From a virus: a stretch of DNA of 64,000 bases. Numbering within the stretch: position 1 is the stretch's first letter; every line of letters begins with the position of its first letter. Shown piece after piece: positions 30,753 through 40,918 of this stretch. The DNA is taken from positions 17,753-81,752 of the IMG/VR virus record IMGVR_UViG_3300009551_000007. One strand, given 5' to 3'. The position numbers were made by a program, and so were the translations under genes. A model generated the notes under the pieces. That model worked only from the letters and a program-made list of their open reading frames with translations. It ran no database searches and was not told where the DNA came from.

Positions 30753-31828
30753 GCTCGCGGCGTACTCGGATTGTGCTTGGCGGAGTCGGCGACCTTACCC
30801 ATGTCGGTCTCAGGAATATCGGCAACCGTGTAGTATTCACCCTCGACTATGGGTGCCGTCATACAGATACCGTGAGACCTCAGTGCGTCATTTAGACTAC
30901 ATTCCCCGCACCACATTACCGGTCTGATCTTGCTCAGCTCGCCTCGGTTCCAAGTTAGCACTTTCGTCGCCGCCTTATCGCAGTACTGACAAGCCGGCAC
31001 GAGCGGAACGACGTTATTCAGTTCCTTCAGATTCGGCAACGCCTCATCCATCTGCGCCGCCGGAACGTGAGTCAGCGTGGTATGCCCTTCTCGGTTCCCG
31101 TAGAACTTGGCGAACGCTCGGTTACCGACTGCCTGACGTTCGGCTTCGCGGTCGCGGTTCTCGTCGGCGGCTGCCTTCTCGGTGAATTTGTCTGGGAACC
31201 TCGCACGGAGCTTAGCAATGTTGGAACGCATCACGTCTTCGAGGGAGAAGCCGAGTGCGTTACAGGCGAGTGCGACGTACCACATCATATCGCCGAGTTC
31301 CTCCTTAGCGTTGGTAGTGTCGAGTGGCTTCCCGTACCAAATGTTCTTCTGGAGGAGACTACAGAACTCGCCGGCTTCCCCACTCATGCCGATGGCCGCG
31401 TGGAGTGCGCGGGTTTGTAGCACCGCGTCACTGCTATTGGGGACGTCGTTGATGTTGTCGAAGGACACGAAGCCGCCGAACGAGTGGGCAATGCGCTTCA
31501 GGGCTTTGATCTGCGGCGCTTCGGTGCGACTGGCGAGTTCCTGATACACGTCGGGGAGCATTGGTTCGACGGGCGGCATTGGTGCCTTGGTTGGTACGTC
31601 CGCGAACGGTTCGCGACCGCCGTGGAGGGCGGTGTTCGGCTTCGGCTGACTCATTTTCTTCTCCAGGTCTAGGGCTAACTGGTGAGGACACGGGCCGTGA
31701 ACGCTACGGAGCGTGTCGCACCGGGGACAAAGATCGTTAACAGAATAACCTAAGGGGCTATGCGGGCAGATTGTCCAGCGGCTCGCGTCGTCGTACACGC
31801 GGCCGCACTTGTCACATTTTACGTACAC
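30749..31828 (-). CDS. MazG-like nucleotide pyrophosphohydrolase with flanking Cys-rich domains
   Basis: GMSGEAGE...KEELGDMMWY...NIAKLRARFP. Confidence 0.75.
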   Translation of the reverse strand: MYVKCDKCGRVYDDASRWTICPHSPLGYSVNDLCPRCDTLRSVHGPCPHQLALDLEKKMSQPKPNTALHGGREPFADVPTKAPMPPVEPMLPDVYQELASRTEAPQIKALKRIAHSFGGFVSFDNINDVPNSSDAVLQTRALHAAIGMSGEAGEFCSLLQKNIWYGKPLDTTNAKEELGDMMWYVALACNALGFSLEDVMRSNIAKLRARFPDKFTEKAAADENRDREAERQAVGNRAFAKFYGNREGHTTLTHVPAAQMDEALPNLKELNNVVPLVPACQYCDKAATKVLTWNRGELSKIRPVMWCGECSLNDALRSHGICMTAPIVEGEYYTVADIPETDMGKVADSAKHNPSTPRA

Positions 31829-31873
31829 TTCATTCTCCGAACAGGAAACTTCGGACGATAATGATTACCCATT

Positions 31874-32353
31874 TCATTCCAGATGCCTCCAATTTCTACC
31901 GTTTATCACGTGAGATATTGCTGACTGACTCACTTTAAAGTAGTCAGCAATCTTATGCTGGCTCCATCCTAATTTGCGCAGGACCACTATCGACCTAACT
32001 TGCTGTTCAGTCATTTTAGCTCGTCCGTGCTTAACCCCGAAACTATGTCGCTTCTTAGACACCTTGTCGTCGGAATTATCTTTGGCAGTTCCAAGGAACA
32101 AGTGTCGAGGGTTTACGCACTTAGGTACGTCACAAGAATGAAGGACGTTTAGTCCCTCCGGTATCGGTCCAAATGCTAAGCACCAACTAACTCTATGGGA
32201 TAGACACTCTCCATTTAGTTCGTTACCGACGTTGTCTATTAAGCCGTATTGGCCAGCCTTCTTTCGAGCAACGTATAACCAGCATTCGTTCGGCCCGCGT
32301 TTATTAACTTTGGGCCAGAATCGTTCGACTATTGATCTCCTGGGTCTACTCAT
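31874..32353 (-). mobile_element. free-standing HNH homing endonuclease
   Basis: HRVSW...VLHSCDVPKCVNPRHL...N plus C-terminal HTH; visibly more AT-rich than neighbours. Confidence 0.8.
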
Positions 32354-33052
32354 TCAATAACGTCTAACCTCCCACCATATGGTATTGAAGCCGGGAACCG
32401 TGCCCCATTCACATTCGTAGGTGGAGAACTCGACCACGTGACCGGGATAGCGGTCTAGTAGTATCTCCAACCAATCGAGACTGTTCGGGCACATGTGCTG
32501 CTTGAGTATCAGCCGTGCCCTGGTTCCTTCCGCGTGCATTCGCGACTGGTAATCCCTCCGGGCGTATTCGGCGTTGAAGCCGTCGCGCATCGTCATCCGT
32601 TCGCGGTTGAACATTAGGTACAGACCGGCACTGTTCATTCCGGCATGGGTCGGCTCGGTCGCCGGGTCGAGTAGCACGATTTCGCCTTGGAGTACCTTGC
32701 GGTGTTCCGGGGCCATCGCCGAGCAGTACCACACGTCGGGGTTCGGTGCGGTCGACCATAGATTCACGATCTGCCACGCCGACATGTTGTAATGGGTTGC
32801 GCCCGCAGCGACCTTGTTACGCAAGTGGAACTTCTGATCATAGCCGAGTTTCTCAGCCCAGTCGTAGGCGTGCTGGAAGTCGTACAGGGTCTTCCAGGTC
32901 GGCGAAGCGTTGCCGAACTCTCCCGCCGCGTACCGCCGCGCGAAGTCGACCTTGGTTAGCACGGGCGGCGGGTGCTCGATTTCGCGGAACCTTATCCAGT
33001 GCAGGTTCACCCATTCATTCACGTCCACTATTTCGCCCTCCGTTTCAACCAT
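32354..33052 (-). CDS. hypothetical protein in nucleotide-modification cluster
   Basis: About 230 aa, coupled to the TS-like gene; start uncertain. Confidence 0.5.
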   Translation of the reverse strand: MVETEGEIVDVNEWVNLHWIRFREIEHPPPVLTKVDFARRYAAGEFGNASPTWKTLYDFQHAYDWAEKLGYDQKFHLRNKVAAGATHYNMSAWQIVNLWSTAPNPDVWYCSAMAPEHRKVLQGEIVLLDPATEPTHAGMNSAGLYLMFNRERMTMRDGFNAEYARRDYQSRMHAEGTRARLILKQHMCPNSLDWLEILLDRYPGHVVEFSTYECEWGTVPGFNTIWWEVRRY

Positions 33053-34380
33053 TCGGTACAAGCCAACCGCCAGTCGTCGGCCATTATGGTCGTGGCGACC
33101 TCTAAGGCATGATCCATGCTCTCCCGCCCGTCAATACCGGCGGAGTCCTTGGCTTTAGACCTCTTATATGCCTTGAACGCACTGAACGTTGGAGATGCTA
33201 CGTTACGCAGGAACGGCTCGCTTATGTCGCCCAGGTTTAGTGAACGGTCGGAATCCCCACCGTCGTAGAAGTCAACTATCGTCCGTAGTTGATCCTCGAA
33301 CACCTCTACATTCTTGATGAGTGGCACAGTCTTGGAGATCATACAGCCTGGGGCATCAGTGTGGAGAGAATACCCGTCAGCGAAATTTTTGGCATTGAGC
33401 CATTCCTCCGGCTTCCAGTTCCAGTCGTAGACGTGGAGGTTGTTGGTGAAGTGGTGGTACTTACCAACTTCGGCACCTAGTCTCGCGGCCATGTACTCCT
33501 GGAGGAAGGTAAAGTGACAATAGTTGGCTCCTAGTAGTCCCCAGATCAGATCGTTGCTGCGGTTAGTCACCGTCATGTCGAGATAGGTCTTAGTCCCCCG
33601 TACCGGCATCGCCATGTGATGCTCAGCCTCTCTATTGATATACTCCTCTTGGCGGATGCTAAACATCACCGACAGGTTGCAGCATGTATCGCGAGACCCT
33701 TTGTCTTTATGTGTACCGTCACATTCAGGACAGTGACCACTTTGGTTAGGGTCTCCGTTAAATTTATCACCGGCTCCGTTACAGTACCTACAAACCCCTC
33801 CCCCAATCTTCAACAGGTCGTCCTCCACATTCCACATCTGGAGCACGGCCCGGCGGGAATTGGGGTCTGCCTTGAGATGGTTGACAAGAATGTCCAGTTG
33901 ATCAATCCCTCCATGTTGTTTGTGCCAAGCTAATTTCACGCTCGGACATTCTTCAAATCCCTTAATACTGGTCATAGCAGTCCGCCACCGATACCCGTAA
34001 GCCCCATTAGTGGTCACCCCGTCGTCGCTGAATTCCTTCATCTTCTTCGCGTAGTACGCGAGCGGGGTTACGTCGTTCCGACCCGCGAGCATCCATAAGG
34101 CTTCGTAGAGGTGGAAGAATGGGTTAGCGTCGCGTGCGGCGTTGAATAGTACCCGTTCCCGTGGGTGCGAGTAGGTGAGCGTGACCGGTTCGTCGATCAT
34201 CATCACGTTGCCGTTGCGGGACGGTTTCTTGACGACCAGTTCTCTCTCTACGTAGTCAGTGTGTAGTGGGTTCCCATCGTCGTCGTAGCTGGTCCTGGCC
34301 TCGCGGACCTTGCCGCCGTTCTTAAATAGTTTCACCAAGTCGCGGAAGGCGGTGTTTACGTTTCGAGTGCGTAGGTGCAT
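33028..34380 (-). CDS. thymidylate synthase-family dUMP hydroxymethylase (5-hmdUMP synthesis)
   Basis: RDANPFFH, GAYGYRWR, SRRAVLQMW, catalytic CN, NRSND..G..AN and NNLHVY motifs; cluster context. Confidence 0.8.
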   Translation of the reverse strand: MHLRTRNVNTAFRDLVKLFKNGGKVREARTSYDDDGNPLHTDYVERELVVKKPSRNGNVMMIDEPVTLTYSHPRERVLFNAARDANPFFHLYEALWMLAGRNDVTPLAYYAKKMKEFSDDGVTTNGAYGYRWRTAMTSIKGFEECPSVKLAWHKQHGGIDQLDILVNHLKADPNSRRAVLQMWNVEDDLLKIGGGVCRYCNGAGDKFNGDPNQSGHCPECDGTHKDKGSRDTCCNLSVMFSIRQEEYINREAEHHMAMPVRGTKTYLDMTVTNRSNDLIWGLLGANYCHFTFLQEYMAARLGAEVGKYHHFTNNLHVYDWNWKPEEWLNAKNFADGYSLHTDAPGCMISKTVPLIKNVEVFEDQLRTIVDFYDGGDSDRSLNLGDISEPFLRNVASPTFSAFKAYKRSKAKDSAGIDGRESMDHALEVATTIMADDWRLACTEWLKRRAK

Positions 34381-34416
34381 GATCAGCTCCTTGAAAGACG
34401 GGCGACTAGGGGTAGG

Positions 34417-35031
34417 TTACGCGATACCGGCTTCACGGTTCGCTTGGTTGAAAAGTTCGGTCGCGTAACTCATGAATTCGAGCACGAGGCGCGACTCGAT
34501 GCCCAGCTGCATCATAGGCGGGAAGTCCACGTTCACTTCGCGGACGATCTCCATTGCTTTGTTGATTATGGACTGGGAACCGCCGATAATGTTCTCGACG
34601 GTCCGGGCGTGGACGGTTTCCTTTAACCCGTAGAACTGGGCTGCAGCGTACTGCTCGATTTTGTCGAACAATTCGACCCGTTCCCAGTCCTCCACCGACG
34701 GAACCCGTCCGGCTAACTGAAGCCAGAACCGCTCGCGGACCGGCTTCTCAGCCGCACGCTGGCCGACACATTTTACTGGGCCGGGCACGTCGCCGAACAC
34801 TGTTACTTCCACCTCATGTAGGAGTGTAAATAACGCCACTTCGGCTCGTGCGTCGAAGTACCGGGCGAGCCGAGCGGCCCCGACACAGTGATGTGCGACC
34901 GATTGGAACAGTCGGGTATGGCCGGCATACATTGGCGTCCGACAGTGGTTGAGTGCTATGTCGTGCATTGTAGCTACGCCGTCGTCGGGTTCGATGCGGG
35001 CACCAGAGAAGAGGACGATGTAGGGTTTCAT
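34417..35031 (-). CDS. HD-family 5'-deoxynucleotidase-like protein
   Basis: DIA...YAGHT...SVAHHC...LLHE...GDVPGPVK (YfbR-like, HD to HE variant). Confidence 0.65.
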   Translation of the reverse strand: MKPYIVLFSGARIEPDDGVATMHDIALNHCRTPMYAGHTRLFQSVAHHCVGAARLARYFDARAEVALFTLLHEVEVTVFGDVPGPVKCVGQRAAEKPVRERFWLQLAGRVPSVEDWERVELFDKIEQYAAAQFYGLKETVHARTVENIIGGSQSIINKAMEIVREVNVDFPPMMQLGIESRLVLEFMSYATELFNQANREAGIA

Positions 35032-35059
35032 TTTAGCTCCTTGAGGCGGGCGAACGTGG

Positions 35060-35626
35060 TTAGGCGGGCGAAGACGTTAGTGATCTGAGACTCTCCCGCA
35101 CGTATGCGACAGGGTCGGTCATGGCGTGCCGGTTATCGTTGCGACGATGAGGGAATAGTACTGCCTTTCCCCCGGTCGCGCGGCCCTTCTCGTCGGCGAC
35201 GAACCGGTTACAGTTAGGCGGGCTGTCGTCGATCAAGACGGCACCGGGCTTCGCGACCTTGTACTTGTGCGGGGTAATGAGGAACCGGTCGAACCGCGGG
35301 CCGAAGAACTGTTTCATCCACCGGACCTTGCCAGTATAGGACGCCTGACAGTGGCCCGCGTCCGTCAGAGTTTCGAGGGGGCAAGTAACGATGTGGAACG
35401 CCGAATCGTACCGCTGGACGAGGGCGATCAGTTCATCGGCCCACTCGAAGGGCTTGAGGCCCGTCCAGAAGTCGGCGTCTCCCACGATTGGCCGAATGAA
35501 CTTCTCACCGGTCCACACCGAGTCGCCGTAGACGCGGATCATTTCCAGGTGAGTGAGGCCGTGTGCCCGACACGCGCCGCCGAGAAAATCGACCAGCACC
35601 TCGTCGAGGTCGAGAAAAATTTCCAC
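35060..35626 (-). CDS. HAD-family 5'(3')-deoxyribonucleotidase
   Basis: FLDLDEVLVDF and LIDDSPPN motifs. Confidence 0.75.
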   Translation of the reverse strand: MEIFLDLDEVLVDFLGGACRAHGLTHLEMIRVYGDSVWTGEKFIRPIVGDADFWTGLKPFEWADELIALVQRYDSAFHIVTCPLETLTDAGHCQASYTGKVRWMKQFFGPRFDRFLITPHKYKVAKPGAVLIDDSPPNCNRFVADEKGRATGGKAVLFPHRRNDNRHAMTDPVAYVRESLRSLTSSPA

Positions 35627-35688
35627 ACTAAGTCCTCCATAAAATCCAAGGGTCGGAAACAATTTGAGAGAAAACAGCCGGTACGCTA

Positions 35689-35716
35689 TTGACGTTGCGG
35701 GCCGACCGGCTATTAT
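35689..35716 (+). promoter_or_regulatory. sigma70-like promoter for 35794..36258
   Basis: TTGACG-16 nt-TATTAT. Confidence 0.5.
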
Positions 35717-35793
35717 AACGGTGTAGGGCGAAGTGGGGGTTCAGCCGAAGACTGTCTGACGCGACCCTCGCTGACCTATAAAGGAGCTTTAAG

Positions 35794-36258
35794 ATGACCA
35801 TTGCTAACACCACGACCACGACCACCCCGAAGACCGCCGGTAAGTCGAAGACCGCGAACCCGAAGCCGGCGAAGGGCGCGAAGCCGGTAGCCGCGAAGAA
35901 GGCCGACCCGAAGCCGAAAGCGCCGGCACTCAAGGAACTCAATAGTGGCCTCCGGACGCCGCAAGTGCGAGTGCTCCAAGCCCTCTCGAAGGGCAACGTA
36001 ATGAGCCGGTCGCAAATCAGCGAAGCCGGTAAGGTGGACCAGGCGGCTCTCGTCGAGTACATCGGTAGCTCCGACGACAACGTGCGAAAGGTCAACGACG
36101 AAAAGCACTTCAAGAGCCTGGTGACCCTCAAGTACGTGAAGTTCGCCAAGCCGCCGGAAGCAGACGCCGTCGGAGCGTACTACGAAATCACAGCCGCAGG
36201 TCGACAGATCGTCACCAAGATTCTCGCCGCCTACAAAGCCGCCGGTAAGACGGTCTGA
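35794..36258 (+). CDS. basic DNA-binding protein (PAK-rich tail plus winged helix)
   Basis: AAGGAG RBS; KPAKGAKP repeats; YYEITAAGRQ wing motif. Confidence 0.65.
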   Translation: MTIANTTTTTTPKTAGKSKTANPKPAKGAKPVAAKKADPKPKAPALKELNSGLRTPQVRVLQALSKGNVMSRSQISEAGKVDQAALVEYIGSSDDNVRKVNDEKHFKSLVTLKYVKFAKPPEADAVGAYYEITAAGRQIVTKILAAYKAAGKTV

Positions 36259-36284
36259 CCCGCTACCCGATTCGCCCAATCTTC

Positions 36285-36318
36285 AAACACCCCAGCATTA
36301 GCCGGGGTGTTTCGCTTT
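36285..36318. terminator. bidirectional intrinsic terminator
   Basis: AAACACCCC-loop-GGGGTGTTT between convergent genes. Confidence 0.65.
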
Positions 36319-37148
36319 TACCCCACATTCCACATTAGCATTTCGCCGGCGTACTCGCTACGGTGATTTATCAACCAGCGGAACGCCTTCAGGTCGTAAT
36401 ACTTGTTCGACGGCCACGCCGGGTCTCGCCCCGGCCTCGACTCGTCGCCGTAAGAGTACCCTTCGTCAATAATCGTCAAGTCGTCGTCCATTGAGTACCC
36501 GGACGAATCCGCCAGGTACTGGAGCAGTTCCTCGTGACTCCGCGAATAGCCCAAGTGGATAATGAACTTGGGTGGTGACCGTCCGATATCGTTGGCACGG
36601 TCGACGAACCCGCGAATCACCCCGGCGGCGATTGTACCCGACGACGCCGGCACTATCACGTAATCGGCGTAGGGGCAGCCGGTCACTTCCTTCGCGGTCT
36701 CGTCGACCGATTCGCTCAGCTTTAGGGCGTTGGGGATCATTACGCCGCCGCGCCCCAGCACGTCCTTCTTCGCCTGATGATAGAGCACGGCACTCATGCC
36801 GGCTTTTAGTGCGACGATTTCCGCGCCCAGTTCCGCCGATTTGAGCTGTGCCGGAAACGGTCCCTTCTCCTTCACGCGACTCGGATAGTAGTTCACGCAT
36901 TTCTTACCGAGGAGCGAACAAGCGCGTGCGACCGCGTGGCCAGCTTGAGAGTGGTACGTGTCGAGGACGCCGATCACTTCCGCCTCCTGTTTCGCTACCC
37001 AAGCGTAGACGCCGCGCGCCTTGGAGAACGGTGGGCCTGGTGGGGGACACGCTAAGTCTTCGCGCTTCACCCAAAGCCCGAACGCCTCTCGGTGGTCCTC
37101 CACGGGCGTGTTACGATTGAGCATTCCGCGAGCCGTCCGAACCATCAT
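36318..37148 (-). CDS. PLP-dependent enzyme (fold type II), putative decarboxylase of the DNA hypermodification pathway
   Basis: TPVE...VKREDL...SKARG and VPASSGTIAAG motifs; cluster context. Confidence 0.75.
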   Translation of the reverse strand: MMVRTARGMLNRNTPVEDHREAFGLWVKREDLACPPPGPPFSKARGVYAWVAKQEAEVIGVLDTYHSQAGHAVARACSLLGKKCVNYYPSRVKEKGPFPAQLKSAELGAEIVALKAGMSAVLYHQAKKDVLGRGGVMIPNALKLSESVDETAKEVTGCPYADYVIVPASSGTIAAGVIRGFVDRANDIGRSPPKFIIHLGYSRSHEELLQYLADSSGYSMDDDLTIIDEGYSYGDESRPGRDPAWPSNKYYDLKAFRWLINHRSEYAGEMLMWNVG

Positions 37149-37341
37149 TAGATTTCCTCCGTCGATGCCGGGTAGAAACTATCGCCCTTGTCGTCGAGGA
37201 CGCTGACGCCGACGACGGCATCGCATTCACATATGTAAAGCGTCATCTGTCGTCCGTTCGCGGAACACGACTCTTCCTTTGGCGTGTTCAACGAATCGTG
37301 GACGTTACTGTAACGGTATGTCTTACCGCAGTAAGGGCATT

Positions 37342-38310
37342 TCACTTCCATAACCCGCCTCGCTTTCCCGCTTTGATTAGTTCTTGTGACAGTGGGCACT
37401 TCGCGAACCGTAGGAGGGCGTTCCGCGCCGCTCTCACGTCCTCGCCGATTTCGTAATGGCCCTTCGTGTATGAGTGCCATTTACATAATATCGTCTCCAC
37501 TTCCTGCCCGTTGAGAGGCCTATCGTACCGAGGCGGCGCGAAGCCCGCTAACCGGCCGCGGAACTCGTCCACCTCTCGGTTGTCGACCTCCACTCTCGAC
37601 ATCTTAGGAATCACGTTTAGCGGTCGCTGGCTATAGACCTTAGTTCGCGGGCGTTCGTTGCTAGGCGGTGATGCTAAGTGTGTAAGAATGTCGTTAATCG
37701 CCCACTCGCCTACCGCGTCGCCGAACCCGTTCGACGGTTCACCGCACACACTCCAGTGTAGCCGCGCCCCCTCCTGGGGAGAATCGTACATGACCGTGTG
37801 GGTGTCGAACGCGACCCGGCATAAGTCGAGGCGTTCGAGCATGTCCGCGACCTTGAAGGCGATCCACGGGCCGAACCCCACCCACGTTCTCACGTACCGG
37901 ATAATGTCTTCGGCGCGGAGGATGCCGAGCGTGCTTTTCGCCGGCCCGCTATCGAAGTAGGAGAACAGGTTATCGACGCCTTGCGACCGGAGCCATTTCA
38001 CCGACGCCTCCGCGTTCCGGCCGCGGAAGTGACGGCGTTCGGCGGAACGGGGGAAGTCGGCATTGCCCTTCGATAGAGCCGCCGTCATCATCCGGTCGAA
38101 GAACGCCGATTCGACGTCATGAGGGTACGCCAGCGCCGACGCCGTACCCACGTGGTAAAAGCACCAGTAGGCGAGGAGCCACCGCTTGAGCTTGAACCTG
38201 TGATGACTGTCGCGTAAGGCGTCGGCTTTGATTGCCTCCCACGCCAACACGTAGATCGGGTCCAGGTCGTTCAGTCGGAGCAGTTCGCGGCCGAAGGCGT
38301 AGACCGTCAT
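37342..38310 (-). CDS. amino acid:DNA transferase (aGPT-Pplase2-like)
   Basis: DLDPIY, RWLLAYWCFYH, ERRHFRG, FGPWIAFKVADMLER and EVETILCKW motifs. Confidence 0.75.
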   Translation of the reverse strand: MTVYAFGRELLRLNDLDPIYVLAWEAIKADALRDSHHRFKLKRWLLAYWCFYHVGTASALAYPHDVESAFFDRMMTAALSKGNADFPRSAERRHFRGRNAEASVKWLRSQGVDNLFSYFDSGPAKSTLGILRAEDIIRYVRTWVGFGPWIAFKVADMLERLDLCRVAFDTHTVMYDSPQEGARLHWSVCGEPSNGFGDAVGEWAINDILTHLASPPSNERPRTKVYSQRPLNVIPKMSRVEVDNREVDEFRGRLAGFAPPRYDRPLNGQEVETILCKWHSYTKGHYEIGEDVRAARNALLRFAKCPLSQELIKAGKRGGLWK

Positions 38311-38557
38311 GCCGCCGGTCTCGGTACTCACTTGCCGTCCTCCGCGACCTTGATCTGGATAGGCCCAGGTGGCAGATCGGTGGTGCCGCCCGGCTTCAGT
38401 CCGACGAGTATGGCACGGTCGGCGGACCAGGCCAAGTACACGTGGCATATCGGGCACCGTCCGCCGACGGGTACGGACTTCACGAACCGGTCCGGTTCCA
38501 TCTCGACGCGCTGCTTGCACACCGGACAGAATATGTTGACCTTGAATAGGGGCTGAC

Positions 38558-40918
38558 TCATTTCTTCACTCCGAGTTGAATGAGTTGGGTGGCGCGGCCC
38601 TTGCCTTCGCCGATGGGGATTTTCAGATCACGCATTTCGACCGCGTTCGCTTCGCCGGCCAGTTCGTCACCGCAGCGTGGCTTCCCGGCGTTGTCCTCGG
38701 AACAATGTAGACAGCCCGACGGCGGACACTCCTCGACCGGGCGGAACTGCTCGGCGTCGGAGGCACGCGTGAAGACCGGGACGGCGTGCCCGTGGCACTG
38801 GTCCGAGGTCGTGAAGTCGCGGGCGATACTGACGCCGGTCTTCGATAACACCTTCCCGTCGGCGTCGCGGGCGTACTTGTACTCGTAGCATACCGAGTAC
38901 GTGAGACCGTACTTGCGGGCGTAAGAGGAGTACATGCGGTGCGCCTTGAGGCGGTACTCCTCTTCCACCGTCCGCTGCGAACCGATGTTTTGCGTGAACA
39001 GTTTCTCGAACGCCGCGCCGCGTTCGCCGAACGTCTGTTTCATCCGCTCGACCATGGCCGGTGCTCAACTGTAGCCGGCCTCGACGAACTTGACTATGAC
39101 GTGGTCCGCGCCGACCGCCCGGAGGCGCTGGAACAGTTTGACGATGTCGCCGTGCGACGTCACCCCAGGCACTATTGGGTTGACCTGAATCGAGACGTAG
39201 ATGCCGGCGGTCTTCAGTCGCTCGATGTCGGCGTAATGGTCCTCCAGGCTCATGGCACCGGGCGAGAGGAGTTTCCAGTCTGCGGCGTCGCCCGTGTTGA
39301 GGGACTTTTGCGCGTAGGAGTACGGCGACAGCTTCAAGAGGTCCACGGCCCAGTCCGGGTAGCGGAGGCGCGACAGGAAGAACAAGGGCAGCCCGGCGTC
39401 GACGAACGCCTTCGCACCTTCCTCCGTATTGTGGTAATACTGTTCGAGAGGCGTGAACGGGTCGGTGAACGACGAGAAGTAGCCGGCCGCGCCCCGGCGC
39501 ATTTTGGTGATCTGTTGTCGCACCTGGTCGCCGTAACCCAGCGGGACGGTAATTAGGCCGGTGCCCCTGTAGCCGCGCATACCGGAGTTGATATAACAAT
39601 TGTGAACTAGAACGCCCCGCTGGAAGAAGTTTTGCGATTCGGTTTGGATGTCGTGGACGCGAACTCGTCCCGGTATTTTTTCAACCCCGACGACGTAAGT
39701 ATCCCCAATCTCTTTAGTGCCTTTTGGTCGAAAATTACCACGTGGTATCCCATTAGTCTGGCTTGCTGAATTTTCCTCTCGCCGTCGGCAGTCATGTACC
39801 CTTTCACCTCGAATATACAGTTGTCGGGAGGGAGAACGAAGTCGGGCACATATGCCGACCCGTCCGGCAACGAAATTGAAAACGGTTCGTAATCCCAATC
39901 GTACCCACGGCGGTCGAGGTACTCCGCGAGTAACCGTTCCCATCCCGACCTCATTTGAAATGTGCGACCTTTTCTGTCCGTGAATAGGCCGCGCTTGGAA
40001 TGTTTGTATCCCGATACGCCGTTCCTGACTCGTTCCGCTTGGGCTAATCTCCATTCCGGGGATTTCGGCCCACTGGCCCTCTTGCTCATAGACTCTCTGT
40101 TCGCGAGAGCATGGGCGCTCATTCTCTGGCGCGTCTCCGTAGACTTGGGCTTCCCCTTGGTAGGCGACGACTTGCCCAACCTCTTCATGCCGTTCTCGGA
40201 GCGAATCACTAACAGGCAAGCATCGCAGACTTTCCTGTGGTTCGGTATGACCGTATCGCATCGGCAGGCTTTCAAGGCGTTCTCCCGGTTTTAGGTTTAC
40301 CGCGTTCACCCATGCTCGGCGGGAAACCGAGTATACCGGATGATCACCGGTCATTAATAGCTTCCGCCCGTCGTTCAAAATCAATCTCACCAACCCTTCC
40401 GGCTTCCAATGCGACGTTACCCCCACGACCTTAGTGATTTGTACGCCCAACGGCGTCCTGCCCAGTACCGAGTCGCCGACTTTGAAACTTTCTATCGGTG
40501 CCGAACCATTGGGGGTGTCGACCAGTTCACCAGCTGGTAAAGAGAACTTACAGCCTACCGCGCACCAACCGCCGTAGGGTTCAGTGAGAACGGCTTCGGT
40601 GAAACAAGGCCGCGGGCGGCTCGCGGCGCTCTCGTTGTGAAGACTCTGATACCAACCTTGGAGTTCCTTACCCTTCTCAATTCTCATGTGAGGGTAGGGC
40701 TGGAGGTACGCGAGAACGGCCTTCTTGTCCTCGTCTTTGGCGTTGCGCACCATACCGATACGCACATCACGGACCTTGGTGACGCCCAGGTACGGGTCGC
40801 TGATCACGCGAATCGGTCCCAGTTCCTCACGGGGTTCCTTAGTCATGAAGTAATGGTAGCGTTCGGCGGACACGTCGGATTCATCGGTCCGCCCCACCCA
40901 GTCGGTCTCGTTATTCAC
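38558..40918 (-). CDS. radical SAM enzyme (hypermodification isomerase-like) containing an intein and an in-frame TGA at 39065-39067
   Basis: CAVGCKF|C motif restored on intein removal; FTDPF; ORF 38558..39055 is in frame three codons after the TGA and carries a Cys-rich C-terminus. Confidence 0.75.
39599..40543 (-). mobile_element. intein (315 aa, Ser1...His-Asn, +1 Cys)
   Basis: Block A SLPAGELV, block B MTGDHPVY, blocks F/G VHDIQTESQNFFQRGVLVHN/C. Confidence 0.9.
39607..40275 (-). CDS. putative homing endonuclease (Zn ribbon + NUMOD3-like + PD-(D/E)XK) nested out of frame in the intein
   Basis: GGGAGA RBS, TTG start; GKPKSTETRQRMS; RSGWE...YEP...YVPDF...EVKG. Confidence 0.8.
   Translation of the reverse strand: MKACRCDTVIPNHRKVCDACLLVIRSENGMKRLGKSSPTKGKPKSTETRQRMSAHALANRESMSKRASGPKSPEWRLAQAERVRNGVSGYKHSKRGLFTDRKGRTFQMRSGWERLLAEYLDRRGYDWDYEPFSISLPDGSAYVPDFVLPPDNCIFEVKGYMTADGERKIQQARLMGYHVVIFDQKALKRLGILTSSGLKKYRDEFASTTSKPNRKTSSSGAF

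Noticed and set aside
39040-39067. Selenocysteine at the radical SAM TGA
   Set aside because: Not in a Cys motif, no convincing SECIS hairpin, and no sel genes; Trp or an error is more parsimonious
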